A stretch of DNA of 64,000 bases from Sphaerodactylus townsendi (GCF_021028975.2 NC_059427.1:134106001-134170000); one strand, 5' to 3'; counted from the first letter of the stretch, positions 1-13,182 are shown. Made by a program: numbers and translations. Notes: generated by a model from the letters alone, not told the origin.

Positions 1-556
1 AGGCTCACTCTTCCAGGATTCAGGTTTCTTCAGCAGAATTCCTCAACAGAGACTCCCTCAACTATATCTGCAGGGTGGCTACCTGGTCAACTCCATCCAC
101 ATTCATAAGGCACTATGCCATTGAAGTGGATTCCAGGAACAGGCAGCTGTAGAAAGAGTGGTGCTACAATCACTTTTCCTCTGATCAGCCCACACCCTCC
201 TACATGGTACGTGAGCTTGCTGTTCTCTCATGTGGGATTGTACAGAAGCCACAGACTTGCCTGTAACGGTTGTTCATTGAGTGGTCTTCTATGCAAGCAC
301 ACATTCCTCCCTGCTGTGGGTTGCTTGGCATCAAAGAGTGAGTCTCCCTCACAGCTGCTGAAGGAGGACTAAGGGAAGAGCGCTCCGTGTGGTTTGGGTA
401 GCAAACAGCCGCTCTGGATGGGAGGGGGAGGAGAACTCCAGCAGAAAGCTCTATAGAGCTTGAGAACTCCTCTCTGCAGCTGACCTGCACATGCCCAGGC
501 CCATGTGTGTCTGCACAGAAGACCTCTCAATGAACAACAATTATAAGTAAGTTCAA
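1..556 (+). mobile_element. DIRS-type tyrosine-recombinase retrotransposon 3' remnant
   Basis: Frame from base 3 reads AHSSR...ICRVATWSTPSTFIRHYAI, the C-terminal motif of DIRS tyrosine recombinases. It is followed by an approximately 50-bp inverted repeat (256-305 vs 503-552), as in DIRS termini. Confidence 0.75.
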
Positions 557-1456
557 TTTTTGTTGTTGTTCACGTAAAAGAATGTGTTCAAATGGCCTTA
601 AACCTGATATACATACTGACCAACATTCAGCTGTTCAAATGCTTTAGCCTGCAATATACTACAAGATGAATTGGAGCAAGCAAATGCAGCAGTTTGCATA
701 TACGGTGGAGTGGTCTTTGTGAAACTGACATTTCATTTACCTGCATCAGGTTCTTGGTCTATAAATTTAAATAGCATTCTAAGGATTATGTTGGAAATCT
801 GCCAGCCTGAAACTATTAAATGGCTGTGATCAACAATTCAAAATCTTTTTTGAATTTAAAGAAAGCTGCACTTGGCATAATTATTTTAAGCCAAGGTCAG
901 AGAAAGTATTTAAAGCTTTGAAATTTATAATTAAAGGATTAATATTAACTCATGAAGACGTTGTCATTTTTGCTTAAAAGTTGAATTTGAATCTCAATTA
1001 TTTTCTTTCTTTGATCTTTTTAATATTTAAAGCATAGCAAAAGAAAGAGTTAGCTTGTCTCAAAATTAAAGTTATATTGTTTTACTGTATAACTCTAACT
1101 TTTTAGATAACTTGTTTCTTTAAAATGTATAACTAAAGTTCCTGTCCGCTGAAAATGAGGGCTTTTTAAAAAGCATATTGTGGGTATTAGTGAAAATGGG
1201 GCCAAAAATTTGCATTTTTTTCTTAGCACATGCAATAAACAGGCTGTCTTCTGACTATAATGATACTGGTATAACTAGTAAATATGTACAATGTTGATGG
1301 TGCTTTTTTAAAAAAAAATGACATTGCATTTCTGGGGATTGTATGGACAAGAGACTCCCAGTTCCTTATTCTCCCTGTCTACTGCTGGACAATTCTGGCT
1401 CTTCTTGAGTCACCCAGCTTTTTTCTGATTTGGGCTGCATCCACATTGCGGTAACT

Positions 1457-1758
1457 TAGGCTGACCAGCCGTCCCGCTTTTGGCGGGACCGTCACGCCTT
1501 TGGACAATTTGTCCCGCGTCCCGCGGGTTCTACAAATTGTCCCAATTTTGGGGAGGCTGCTGCACTGCCTTGGGGGCGCAAGGCAGTGCGGCAGTATTCT
1601 CCCCGTCTTTCGGTCAAGAGCGCATGGCCTTCTGGGGCTTGCCATTTGCCGCTCTGTCACAGGGCGGCAAACGGCGAGCCCCAGAAGCCCCTGCGGTCAC
1701 ACGCGCACGCAGCCGCCTCCCCGTTTCGGATCACAAAGGTGACCATCTGGTCACCTTA
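1457..1758. mobile_element. Non-autonomous hAT element (Blackjack-like TIRs), CpG-rich
   Basis: TIRs TAGGCTGACCAG / CTGGTCACCTTA; perfect 8-bp TSD CGGTAACT at 1449-1456 and 1759-1766. Confidence 0.9.
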
Positions 1759-4633
1759 CGGTAACTCCCTCTTTGCATCTACAGCAAATTGGCCCAAAGC
1801 ACCAGTCTTTAAAAGCCTAGATGTCCAGATTAAGATGTGTTTTACCTCAGTAGATGCACTCAGCCCTAATTTGTGTATCTCCTGCAAACAAGGAGTTTCT
1901 CTACCTGGAATAATGAGCTAAAGAAACTCTTCTTTTCCCCTGCACATTGCTGCTATTTACTTAAAGGTGAACATTTCTCGTTGATTGTTCTTGCTTAGCT
2001 GACTATCCTACTTTTAGTAGAGGCTTCGGAATATTTTATTTTGACGGAGGCCTCTCTGAGGCCTCTTTCCAATCTTAAGTTTTGCACAAGGTGCCTTCAG
2101 CTCAGACATCATCATCCCATACTATATTTTACATTGTCACCTAAAAATCTTCTTCTCGTAACAAGCATTGGTAGAAGTTATCCTGTGTCAACCTCAAAGA
2201 ATGCAGGATGCTATAAGTAACAATTTAAAATAAGCACATAAGGGAATCAAGAAAAGGCTTCCTGAGCCAGTCTCAAATGTTTGTTTTTTGTGTAAATCCA
2301 ATTTTCTTGTTGTTTAGATATTCATTCATGTGCAGCTGGATCCCACTGGCTAAAATGGGATTTGGGCATGCATGTCTTTCTTTGGATTGGTCTTTGTCAT
2401 ATGTAATATGTCTGATTTAGTCATTATTTTCTACATAGTCCCCTTACACTGAACCCAAAAACAATTCTCTGTGACCTGATAACTTGGCTTTGTTTTACTA
2501 CAGCTTGATGCAAATATAATGCAACTGATCTCTACCAAACATTAAGAGATCAGGCTCCTGTCATGCATTTGTGTATTCTCATTTTCACTTTGCTTTCCTT
2601 GTAATGAATAGTTTTGACTACATTTTACTGTTACAACTGCTCCTTTAACTCAGATTACCACTAACCAGTGATTCTAGGCATAGGACCATCTTTGCAAACA
2701 ATTTCTTATCCCTGGTTAAATATTATGTTATGTCTATACCAGGCTAGTGGCTTTTGATCAGCTCTAATACCAGCTATAATACTTGGAGGGGATAAGCACA
2801 TACAGATTTTTAAAAGTCAAATGACTATTTATATTATGGCAGTACTAATTTAAATATTTTTTAAAATTAGATTTGTACACAGAATTAAGGTTGCTCCTTC
2901 TTAAAACACTTTTTCATAGTCGATAATGTTATAGTGATTGTTTATCATTTCAGTTCTACCCAACTACAGTTTTAAAAATAAACCTGCTAGAACCTAGCTA
3001 TTCATCCTACAGAGGTTCTAGCTGGACTGAAGGGCAAACATGGAACAATATAACCACATGTGAAAGGGAGAGGGAAAGGGGTGATTTGTAACAAAGGTTA
3101 TGCAGATAGAAAATATAGTTTTCCACATTTGCCTTTTCCCTGGAATTATACCACACACACACCAGTTGCTTACACCTCTACCCATATTCTGGACCTCATA
3201 TTTACTTTCTAGATTTTGTCCTAGATACTTTCTAGTATCTATTGGTGCCATGACACCTGCTGATACTTTTTTTGATGCCTGTCAAGTGTGTTTAGAAAGT
3301 TAAGTGTAGCCAGGTGGGGTTCTTTCCCAGAAGGGCTTCTGATTAACCTTTTGAGATCTGATAGGTTGTGCAAAATTTAAAAAAAACCTTGCTGAGCGGG
3401 CAGGTGCCAACGCAGCATACAGATCATCACTGTGTGACTGAACGCAAGCTGTGGCAGCTATTTTGTGTCTCAATCTGTAGCAGCCATTTTCTCGCTGTGC
3501 CCACCAGGCTGTGCTGGAATTCCAAAGGTGCTCACAGGATAGGGTCCTTTGTTCTAGATCCGGTCAAGTAACTTTGCAAGGGTAGAAACAGATGCGGGGA
3601 GGAGTTTCAAATTAAAAAGCAACCAGTAGAAGATAGGACAAGACTGTTTCGTAATCCTTCTGTACTTCTCTGGTCTCTTGCATTATCCCACCCTTCCTTC
3701 AACTCAGAGGTGATATATATGGTCCTTCCAACCTTCATTTGATCCTCACAACAGCCCAGTCAAGTAAGTAAAGCTTAGCTGAGTTATTCACTATGGTGAA
3801 TAACTCGGGTCAGGTCTCTTCCTCTTGGACAAATGCCTCTATTATCCCCTTATTTTAAAAAAGGTGATCACCTGCCGGTGAATTATAGACCAATCAGCCT
3901 TTTGGCGATTTCTGGCAAACTGTATGCCGAATCACCTTCTTTCTTGGATCTTGGCGGAAAAGATCATTGGCATTGAACAGAAGTCCACCTTAGATCATTG
4001 CCTGATTTGAGTATTCTCATCTCAAAATATGTGCAGAAATATGTCAATCCAGTCTTTACATAGCCTTCATAGACTTAAAAGGGGCATTTGATTCTGTTGA
4101 CAGGAACCTCTTGTGGTCTAAATTGATGAAACTTGAAATGGACCCCAGGCTTCTCATGTTAATCATGTCACTGCATAAAAATCCCATCTGCCAAATTAGA
4201 ATCAATCCTTTAAGCCACTTAACCCCCAACATCATTGTCTCCCAGGGAGTCAAGCAAGGTTGTGTGTTAGCCCCTATATTGCTTAATCTTTTCATGAACG
4301 ATCTTGCCCCAACCCTGAACAGCATAAATTCTCATTGTCCTCATTTGGATAATGTTCCGGTCTCAATCCTCTTATATGCTGATGATGTGGTTCTGCTGTC
4401 CTGCTGAAGGGTCGGCCTCAAGAATTTACTCTCAAATGCAACAACTACTTCATATCTAATTAACTTTAAATCAATCCAACAAAATCCAAGGTCCTGGTTT
4501 TCTCAAATGCTTGAAATCCTATGATTTGGTCTACTCAGGGCTCAGTTATCGAGGAAGTCAGATCCTTCAAATATTTAGGGGTTATCTTCCAACATAAGCC
4601 TAACTGGGCTAAACATAGAGACAAGACCTTGAA

Positions 4634-4904
4634 CATAAGAACATAAGAACAAGCCAGCTGGATCAGACCAGAGTCCATCTAGTCCAGCTCTCTGCTACTC
4701 ACAGTGGCCCACCAGGTGCCTTTGGGAGCTCACATGCAGGATGTGAAAGCAATGGCCTTCTGCGGCTGTTGCTCCTGAGCACCTGGTCTGTTAAGGCATT
4801 TCTCAGATCAAGGAGGATCAAGATTGGTAGCCATAGATCGACTTCTCCATAAATCTGTCCAAGCCCTTTTTAAAGCTATCCAGGTTAGCTATTCATCACC
4901 ACCT
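4634..4904 (-). mobile_element. CR1 LINE 3' end nested in the LINE above
   Basis: (CATAAGAA)n tail; nearly identical in reverse complement to about 39240-39517; flanked by CCTTGAA at 4627-4633 and 4905-4911. Confidence 0.88.
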
Positions 4905-5799
4905 CCTTGAAGGGTAGCAAATGTGCCTCTGCTCCTGTTCTGAAGTTATTTACCCTTAATGGCGGCAGTTTCATTCCAGTTTCCTTGAAAGTATTCAACA
5001 CGAAAGTGGTTGAGTATCTAATGAATGGGGTTCCTATATGGATCTACGCATGGAAATCCAAGCTTGAACAGTTGCATCCAGCTTCTTATATAAAATCTTT
5101 GGAGTTCCACACTGTGTCCCCTATGCAGTCTTTTGCCTTGAGGCAGGACAGCACTTTTTGGAAACCAGGGCGTGGGCCGCAACTTTCAAATTTTGGGTGC
5201 GCCTCTGTTTTCATTCTGACTCTCATAGCCTGGTCCAACTTGTGATGCATGAACTCCAGACCTCTGACTAGTGGATGTTAATCGAGGCTAAGATCTCCTT
5301 CTTGGGCCTTTCCTGAGACTCCTTGCTTATTCTCACCCCAACAAGGTTTATCTTCAACTAAAAAACAAATTATTTGAGCAGGAATATCAATATCTTTTGA
5401 GCAAGACACAGAGTTCCTGTTCACTCTTGTACTTTGGGATTATTCCCCAAAAGCTCTGTGTTGCCATTATCTGAACCAACTTCTTAATCATAAACTCAGA
5501 TGTGTATTTTCAAGAGCAAGATGCAATTCTTTTCCATTGTCACTACTTCAGGGCTGGTTCTCAAATATCCCTCGGCATTATCAACACTGTTCTTTCTGCC
5601 CTTCCCACTGTTCTGACTCCCTTGAACACATCTTGCTCTTCTGCCCTAAGTACAACAGCTTTAGGCCCGACTTCTCTGCCTTAATCACGGTTGGGTTCTC
5701 AGATCTTCCTATCAACACAAAGATGACTTTTTTGCTCAACAATCCCAAGGTCAAAATAGCTGAAACAGTAGCCAAAGTTTTGCTGCATGTTTTGAACTA

Positions 5800-6430
5800 C
5801 CGTATATACTCGTGTATAAGTCAATCCGCATATAAGTCGAGGCACCTAATTTTACCACAAAAAACTGGGAAAACTTATTGACTCACGTATAAGTCGAGGG
5901 CGGGAAATGCAGCAGCTACTGGTAAATTTCAAAAATAAAAATAGATACCAATAAAATTACATCAATTGAGGCATTAGTAGGTTAAATGTTTTTGAATATT
6001 TATTTCCAAGAAAAACAGTAAACTAGCTCTGTAAGCCCTGATTTTCCCCTTAAATCCTTTCAGAAGGGGGGGGAAGAATCTGGGGAAAATTTGAGGGTGC
6101 CTATCAGAGGAAGAATGTTTATGTTAGCAGTACCAACATTTCAGAGTATCTTTAGGAGACTCTCCTGATGATACCAGCCAGGCTTGGTGAAGTTTGGTTC
6201 AGGGGGTCCAAAGTTATGGACCCTCAAAAGGGTAGCCCCATCTACTATTAGTTTCCATTGGAAACAATGGGGGATGGGAGCAGCCACTTTGGGGATCCAT
6301 AACTTCGGATCCCCTGAACCAAACATCCCCAAACCTGGCTGGTATCAGCAAGAGATTATAATTCGAGGGGGGGCTTTTTCAGCACAAAAAAATGTGCTGA
6401 AAAATTAGACTTATATGCGAGTATATACGG
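5800..6430. mobile_element. Non-autonomous Tc1/mariner-pogo (Tc2-like) element nested in the LINE 3' end
   Basis: TIRs CCGTATATACTCG / CGAGTATATACGG; TA TSD at 5798-5799 and 6431-6432. Confidence 0.88.
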
Positions 6431-8427
6431 TAGGTTGCCTTGGCTCCTGTTCACATTAGTTTCAATGTTCTTTACTGGATTTACTCTTCTTTGTCCCTAT
6501 GTTGTATATGCCTAGTAAAGATCTCTGAATCTGAACCTAAGTAAAGCTGAGAGTGTAACTAGGTCCTAGTCTGACACTCTAAATGCTACACCATGCTGAT
6601 ACAAATCACACCTTCTCAAAAGCACTTTTCTTACATTCTTTCTTACATTCAACTGTAGTATAATGTGTAGTATATCTTCTTGTGCAGGCTGTCAAGTAAA
6701 CCATTGGTCATCCAGGTGTTACATAATATATATTTTGTGTACATTTTTAAGTTTGTCAGACATTATTAAAATAAAAAGATAGGTTACAGCTTTAAATGGG
6801 TGCAGATGTGAGTTTTGGCTTAATATATCTATTAGTAACATTCATCACTCGTATGTACTTGGCAATGAAAATGAGCATTCAGAACAAATGACCTTGATAA
6901 ATCGCCAAACTAGATATTATGTTCTTTGGAGAGTCAAGTCTGGGTTCCCCGGACTTGACTCTACCTCTGTATTCACAGCCCCACAGCAGCTGCAGTGACC
7001 ATCTGTTTAATTGTGAAAGACAGCCCCTTTGAGCTGGGAACCACAACAGAGGGGGAAGAGTGGCTCTTGCCTTCCCTCTGTGTCTTTTCCTGCAATGAAA
7101 TGGCACTGGGGGAGTTTTTCCCCCCTTTTTGGCACCCAGAATTGTTTCTTGTTGGGAAATAGGATGGAGGGGAAAGCAGGAATCCTTCTTCCCCTACATA
7201 TTAGTTCCCAGCTCAGTTGGGTTCTCTTTCATAATTATGCAGACAGCCCCTGCAGATGCTGTGGGGCTGCAGAGGGAGGGAACCCGGACTTAGCTCTTTC
7301 AAAATGGAAGTTTCAATATTTCAATATTTCAAAATGGAAGTTCCAATATGGCCCTCAGTTGGTATTGTAACAGTCCTCTAAGGAAGCAACTTTGGAACTC
7401 TCTAGACCTCTCATAAAACTGCTGTATTTTGAACCAAGTGTGTAATGTGTGTGTACCTCCCCCAGTTCTGACCCCTAAATCTTCAGTGCAGCTACGCTTC
7501 AAAAGTGTGCCAGTATTATTTCCTGCTTTCCTCCTATCCCAACAGGAGGTTGTCAGATATGGCAGTACCTTCTATCTGTTCACTGAAGAAATTCTAGTAC
7601 ACAGCAGTATATGCCCACCATGATAGCCACAATATTAAAAGACTTTTTTGTTGGCCTTGAACTATTAGCAATTTTTTTACATTTACCCCAAGACACTTCG
7701 TCCATGTGTTCGCATACTACATACCACACTGCAGTTGCACAGGGTCAAGGCAGCAACATGTGGTAAACAGAAGGGTAGATCATCTGCATGGGTCTTGTAT
7801 GGCGTGGATGTCTAAAGAACTATTATAGCCAACACTACACACAGCCCAAATAAAAACTTTTATCAGATTTCTGCAGCCACTGACTCCACTGGCTTCCCCA
7901 AGTGTCTGAAATCTGGAGGAATATTTTGTTTAGATAGTTTAAATATCTGTGCTGCCAGACTAATAATGAGCCCTGTGGATGACTAACACTACAATCTTAA
8001 TTATACATTTCAGAGAATAAGCCCCGTTTAATAAAATGTAACTTGCTTCTGAGTAGACTTGCTTGGGATTTCTCCTTAACAGTGTAATCCAAAGCAAAGT
8101 TACACCTTTCTGAGCCAGACATTACTGGACTGTGTTCTGTAACTCACACATGTAATAAAGTAAAAACTTTAATAACAATTAAAACTAATCTTAAAACACT
8201 AATTCTCCATTTAAGACAAACTAAATTTCCAATTAGCCATTTCCAATGCAAAAAAGAAAATCAATGAATTTCTTAAAAGTTTCAGGGCCTGACTAGTATC
8301 GCTCAAAAGCACATCCTACATTGTTGGTGCCATCATGGAGAAGGCCTTCATATAAAATATATCCTAAATAGCTATTGTAGCACCAACAGTCTCAGCGGTT
8401 CCCTTTCTGCAACCAATAATCCTTTTA

Positions 8428-8555
8428 GTTGTGGTGGGTTTTCCGGTCTGTGTGACCGTGGTCTGGTGGATCTTGTTCCTAACGTTTTGCCTGCATCTGT
8501 GGCTGGCATCTTCAGAGGTGTATCACAGAGGGAAGTCTGTTACACACTGTGTCCA
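8428..8555 (-). mobile_element. PLE terminal fragment with degenerate hammerhead (8478-8518)
   Basis: Same terminal sequence as 13183-13297 and 31942-32063; the minus strand reads CCT-CTGAAGA-TGCC...GGC-AAAAC-GTT-AGG (GAAA changed to AAAA). Confidence 0.8.
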
Positions 8556-8911
8556 TTAGGTACGGATTTCGATTACTATCATTCACTAACAAATATAAAA
8601 TATGCTATGCTGCAGGAAATAACTGAGATAAGTGAATGTTTATTTGTATATCAATATAATGTTGTCTTACGTTTCCCTCTGATTAATAAGCAAACTTACT
8701 TGTGTAAATCATCCTTAGCCTTGTCTGATTGTGCTCTCATATCTTTATTACATGGCCTCAAGCATCTGTTATTTCATACAAGATCCTTGTCACATGAAAA
8801 CCACATTATATTGATATACAAATAAATATTCACTTATCTCAGTTATTTCCTGCAGCATAGCATATTTTATATTTGTTAGTGAGTGATAGTAATCGAAATC
8901 CGTACCAAATG
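8554..8911. repeat. Long near-perfect inverted repeat (arms about 108 bp, spacer about 140 bp); MITE-like or fold-back
   Basis: 8554-8662 is the reverse complement of 8803-8911 with about three mismatches. Confidence 0.92.
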
Positions 8912-11427
8912 TTTACATAAAACTTTGTCTACTGTATAATCTTAGGCCATAACAAACCCGTTAGTTTCTACAGCATTCTTTGAAATGTTTCTCATTTCAA
9001 GGAATGTCCTTCATCCTAACATTTTAATCTTGTTCTGTCTTCTGTCATTGGGTTGGTGCTAAGAAATCTGTTTTTCAACATTAAGAAAAATGTCATGCAA
9101 CAGAATCCACTCCAGAGAGATGGAAGATGCATATATTTGAGTTTAGAACAACAGCGGATAGGTGATGGGCTAGTTGGTCAATTTCTGGTGGGCCACTCAA
9201 TGCAGTTACAGAGACTCTAACGAAACAATCCGAGACAAGATGGATCATAATCTGATCAACCCAGCCAGGTGTTTATTAAACTATGGTGAATACTCACGAT
9301 CACTTAATGCAAATTAATGTCGTCTTCATTAGAAAGAGCTCCTGAGTATTGATTCTTCCCTTGTAAACATAAAATACATTGGTGGACCAAGAGGATTCTA
9401 TGAAAAAAAAAGCCATGCAAGACTAAAGTGAGCCTGAAGTATTTCCTTTTTAATTGACTTGAGAAATCTAAAAGAGTTTAGGATGGTGGGAATTGTTGGT
9501 TAACCAGAAGTGGGTAATTTGATGCTTTTAGCCCTATACAGTCTTGAATGTGGAAAAAATACTAAGTATTCCAAAATGACTTGCAGCTGCAGAACATGTC
9601 AGGGAATAAAAACCACCTTCATTAAATGGGTGAGAAAGAATTATAATTGTTTTGAAGTCTTTATGATCAGCCAGCACATGCTTCATTGTAATATGATACC
9701 AGAGTACCTCAATTATGGTTTGTATATTTTGGTGCCAGAAGTTTTTTCCCCCTTACACTAAGCTAAGTTCTGTCAGCTGTTGGGCTGTCATATAGAGATA
9801 TAGTAAATCACATTATATTTTGTCATGGATTACACACAGAAATATATTTGAAAATAGAGATCAAAGTAGTTTTGCAATCACATCTGAGTGTAGGGAGGAT
9901 GTTTAACTTGTAGAAAATCTGATTTAGGTGAAACTGTTGTAGCTCCTTTGTGAAACTGAAATAAATTGGAATGTTTGCTTTTTTACCCCCCAAAAAGATG
10001 AATGTAATATAAATCCTCCAAAGTGTTTTGTTTTTCATAGCTAGTTTAGAGGAGTTAATTCTGACCTACAGCTGTAAATGAAGCACAGATAAATAAAAAA
10101 GTTGGAGCCTACAAAAAGTCTTATTTGTGTTTTCAATTGCATTCATGATTGAGCAATGCATTCCATTCTACTTTTAATTGGGATTTTGCTGGACTTGTGT
10201 CTGGTTAGTCATTGGCTCTGTAATTCTTTCTGGCTCCATGAAGTTGTACTGTTTTCCTTTTTTGAAGCTTTTGTTGTATTTAAAACTATTAAGTAATCCA
10301 GTGTAATCTTTCTTAAGAACATTCATTACTTCATAGCATGGATTTTTGGCTGCACTTCACAAACAGTAGGGAGATTGTATAACTTATCAAAAGGCATATA
10401 TTAAATTATAACATCACCCCCCTGTTTATTTTCATTTCATAATGACTTTCTTGCAAAACTCAGCACTGTTTTGTTCTAATCACATTCTGGTTCCTTGCTC
10501 TTAACCGTGAGCAGCTGCCTAGCCACTTTTTGCTTTGCAATTAATGCATAGATTATCTATGGAGGAGGTTCATCCATAGACCTCTATGAATCCAATTCTC
10601 TCCCTGTGGATTTTCTTGTTGTCTTGATTTGAACTTCAGTAATAAACTATTTCTGCCATATCATAAATGTTACACACCATGAAGCTGATTAAGAAAGACC
10701 GACTAAGAGGATGGATAGTACTTCCTTGAATTATGGTTCCCATAATTGTTCTGAATATGGCTCCTTCATAGACCACAGTGGTTCTCAAACAGCGGCCCCA
10801 GGAGTGCCTGAGGCTTGCAGCTAGACTAAGCTTGCATATAAATACTAAAATGCATAGTGCTGTACATGCAACTGCTGCAGTTTGCATGGTGGTTCCGCTA
10901 CTTCTGGAGCTATTGCTCTGGAGGATTTGTATACTAAACCCACAATGGGTTGTTCTTCACAAAATGGGCACTTCTGGACATGCATATCCCAGCCCAGTGA
11001 ATTTCCAGTGACCTGTCCCTCACAAAGTTATGAAGAACAGTATTACCATGAAGTTTACCATCCCAGAGACTGAGGGTTGATTAAAGATCTATGATTGGAT
11101 CTTCACAGTGATTTTAAAGCTAAATTGCAGCTGTATGTGGTCTTAAGAAGGGGTTTAATCCTTCCAACCCTGCAGTTTCAGTAATTGAAACCACACTGTC
11201 CAAACTGCTATTAACAATGAAAAGGAAAGAGATAGGTACTGGCGTTTGCTGGCTTTTTTCAAACAGTACCACAGGGAAGGAAATTTGAACAGAAAAACTG
11301 TAAGCATTGAAGGATTAAACCTCCTCCACCCCATGGTTCTGATACAGTTCTTTAAAAGCCTATAACAATTCAATAAAGATCTCCCATTGTTTCATCTAAT
11401 TTAAACCCAGCTCTGCAGAACTATATA

Positions 11428-11734
11428 ACCTGTTGTGCAGAGTGGCAAGCTGTAGTACTGCAATCAAAAGCTCTGCTCACAACCTGAGTTTGATTCCAAC
11501 AGAAGTCTGTTTCAGGTAGCCAGGTCAAAGTTGATTTAGGCTTCCATTTTTCTTAGTTGGCAAAATGAGTACCCTGTTTGCTGGGGGTGATGTGCAGATG
11601 ACTAAGGAAGGTAATGGCAAATCACCCTAAAAACATAGTCTGCCTAGTAAACATTGTGGTGTGATGTCACCCTGTGGTGATGTCACCCTACGAATAATGA
11701 CTTGGTGCTTGCTAAGGAGACAACCTTTACTTTT
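11428..11734 (+). mobile_element. Sauria SINE-like element
   Basis: tRNA-like head (gtgcagagtgg...gagtttgattcc), core gttgatttaggcttccat...aaaatgagtacc, gaaggtaatggcaaatcacc, and acctttacttt tail. Confidence 0.75.
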
Positions 11735-12414
11735 GCACAACTATACACATGTTCTTGTTGTTTGCCATAGGCTTTCGTAAGATTCTGGAGAAAAATAGAT
11801 TAAACACAGATACGTATGCAATAGGTATGACAAATCTTGGAAGGCACAAAGCTGCCAAGGGCTGGAGCCCACCTGTTGGATATCGTGGCTTTCCATTAGC
11901 TTTATTGTCTACTTATTCCTACAGCCATCCAATAAGTCCCCCAGTTGCTGCTTCTGGGGGATAGGAAGTCGAGGTCTGCAGCAGGAGGGGAGAATTGCTG
12001 TCCCTTCTGTGACTGGAAATTCTCCATGGTATCCAACACTGTATGCACAGCAGCAAAATGTTTAAAGTGAACCCACAGAAAGTGTTCTAGTCAGCTGAAG
12101 GGATCAGCCTTATGTCTCATCAAGCAAGATGTGATTGCTCTGTGTGTGCAAGAGAGAGTAAAACAGGAAAATCCTCTTATAAAGTATTGCTAAAATGCAT
12201 TGAAAATGCATTATCCAATATGGGTGAAAGCAGCCTCCTTGGTGCAAAAAAGCCTCCACTGAAAACAAAAAGTGAAAATGATCTGCAAGACTAACTGGTA
12301 AAAAGCCTTAGAGAAGGGGTTTCTGTGTTTGTGGTCATTTATGTTATACGGGCTCAGAGTGGTTTACAACATTTAATATTAAAATTAAACAATAAAACAA
12401 TATAATAAAAAAAT

Positions 12415-13180
12415 TATAGAATTATAGAGTTGGAAGAGACCCCAAGGGCCATCAAGTCCAACCCCATGCAATACAGGAATGCACAATCAAAGCACTCCTG
12501 TCAGATGGCCGTCCAGTCTCTCTTTAAAAACCTCCAAAGAAGGAGACTCCACCACACATCAAGTAGTGCATTCCACTGTTAAACAACCCTTACTGTCAGG
12601 AAGTTTTTCCTGATGTTTAGGTGGAATCTCTTTTCCTTCATCTTGAACCCATTACTCCTGGTCTTAGTCTCTGGAGCAGCAGAAAACAAACTTACTCCCT
12701 CACCACCACGACATCCCTTCAAATATCTAAACATGGCTACCATGTCACCTCTTAACCTTCTCTTCACCAAACTAAAAGTACCCAGCTCCCTAAGTCTCTC
12801 TTCGTAGGGCATGGATTCCAGAGCTTTTACCATTTTGGTTGCCTTCCTCTGGACAGGTTCCAGTTTGTCAATATCCTTCTTGAATGGTGGTGCTCAGAAC
12901 TGTACACAATATTCCAGGTGAGGTCTAATCAATGCAGAATAGAGAGGTACGGTTACATCCTGGACACTATACTCCTATTGATACAGCCCAGAATCGCATT
13001 GGCTTTCTTGGCCGCCGCATCACACTGATGACTCATGTTCAGTTTGTGGTCTACAATGACTCCCAGATCCCTTGCACGTGTAGTGTTGTCAAGTCAGGTG
13101 TCACCCATCCTATAACCGTGCATTTCATTTTTTTCTGCCTAAGTGTACTACCTAACATTTATCTCTGTTGAAATTCATTT
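12415..13180 (-). mobile_element. CR1 LINE 3' portion
   Basis: Minus ORF YEERLRELGTFSLVKRRLRGDMVAMFRYLKG...RKNFLTVRVV, with the CR1 octamer-like tail at the left end. Confidence 0.92.
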
Positions 13181-13182
13181 TG

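Larger units (their letters stand above)
3776..6537 (+). mobile_element. Degenerate 5'-truncated non-LTR retrotransposon (RTE-X-like), carrying two nested insertions
   Basis: Reverse transcriptase (RT) motifs YRPISLL, FIDLKGAFDSVDR, QGVKQGCVLAP and LLYADD; C-terminal CSFC...EHILLFCPKY; stops and frameshifts; 11-bp TSD TAAGTAAAGCT at 3765-3775 and 6538-6548. The clade assignment is tentative. Confidence 0.85.
3516..7624 (+). repeat. Left arm of a diverged inverted duplication (interrupted by LINE 3776-6537)
   Basis: 3516-3775 and 6549-7624 align with gaps to the reverse complement of 15246-16313, e.g. cagctttaaatgggtgcagatgtga.ttttggcttaatatatctattagtaacatt. Confidence 0.85.

Noticed and set aside
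2790-2850. Extension of the inverted duplication to about 17380-17430 (shared agtcatttgac)
   Set aside because: Only a short match in AT-rich sequence; I could not extend it.
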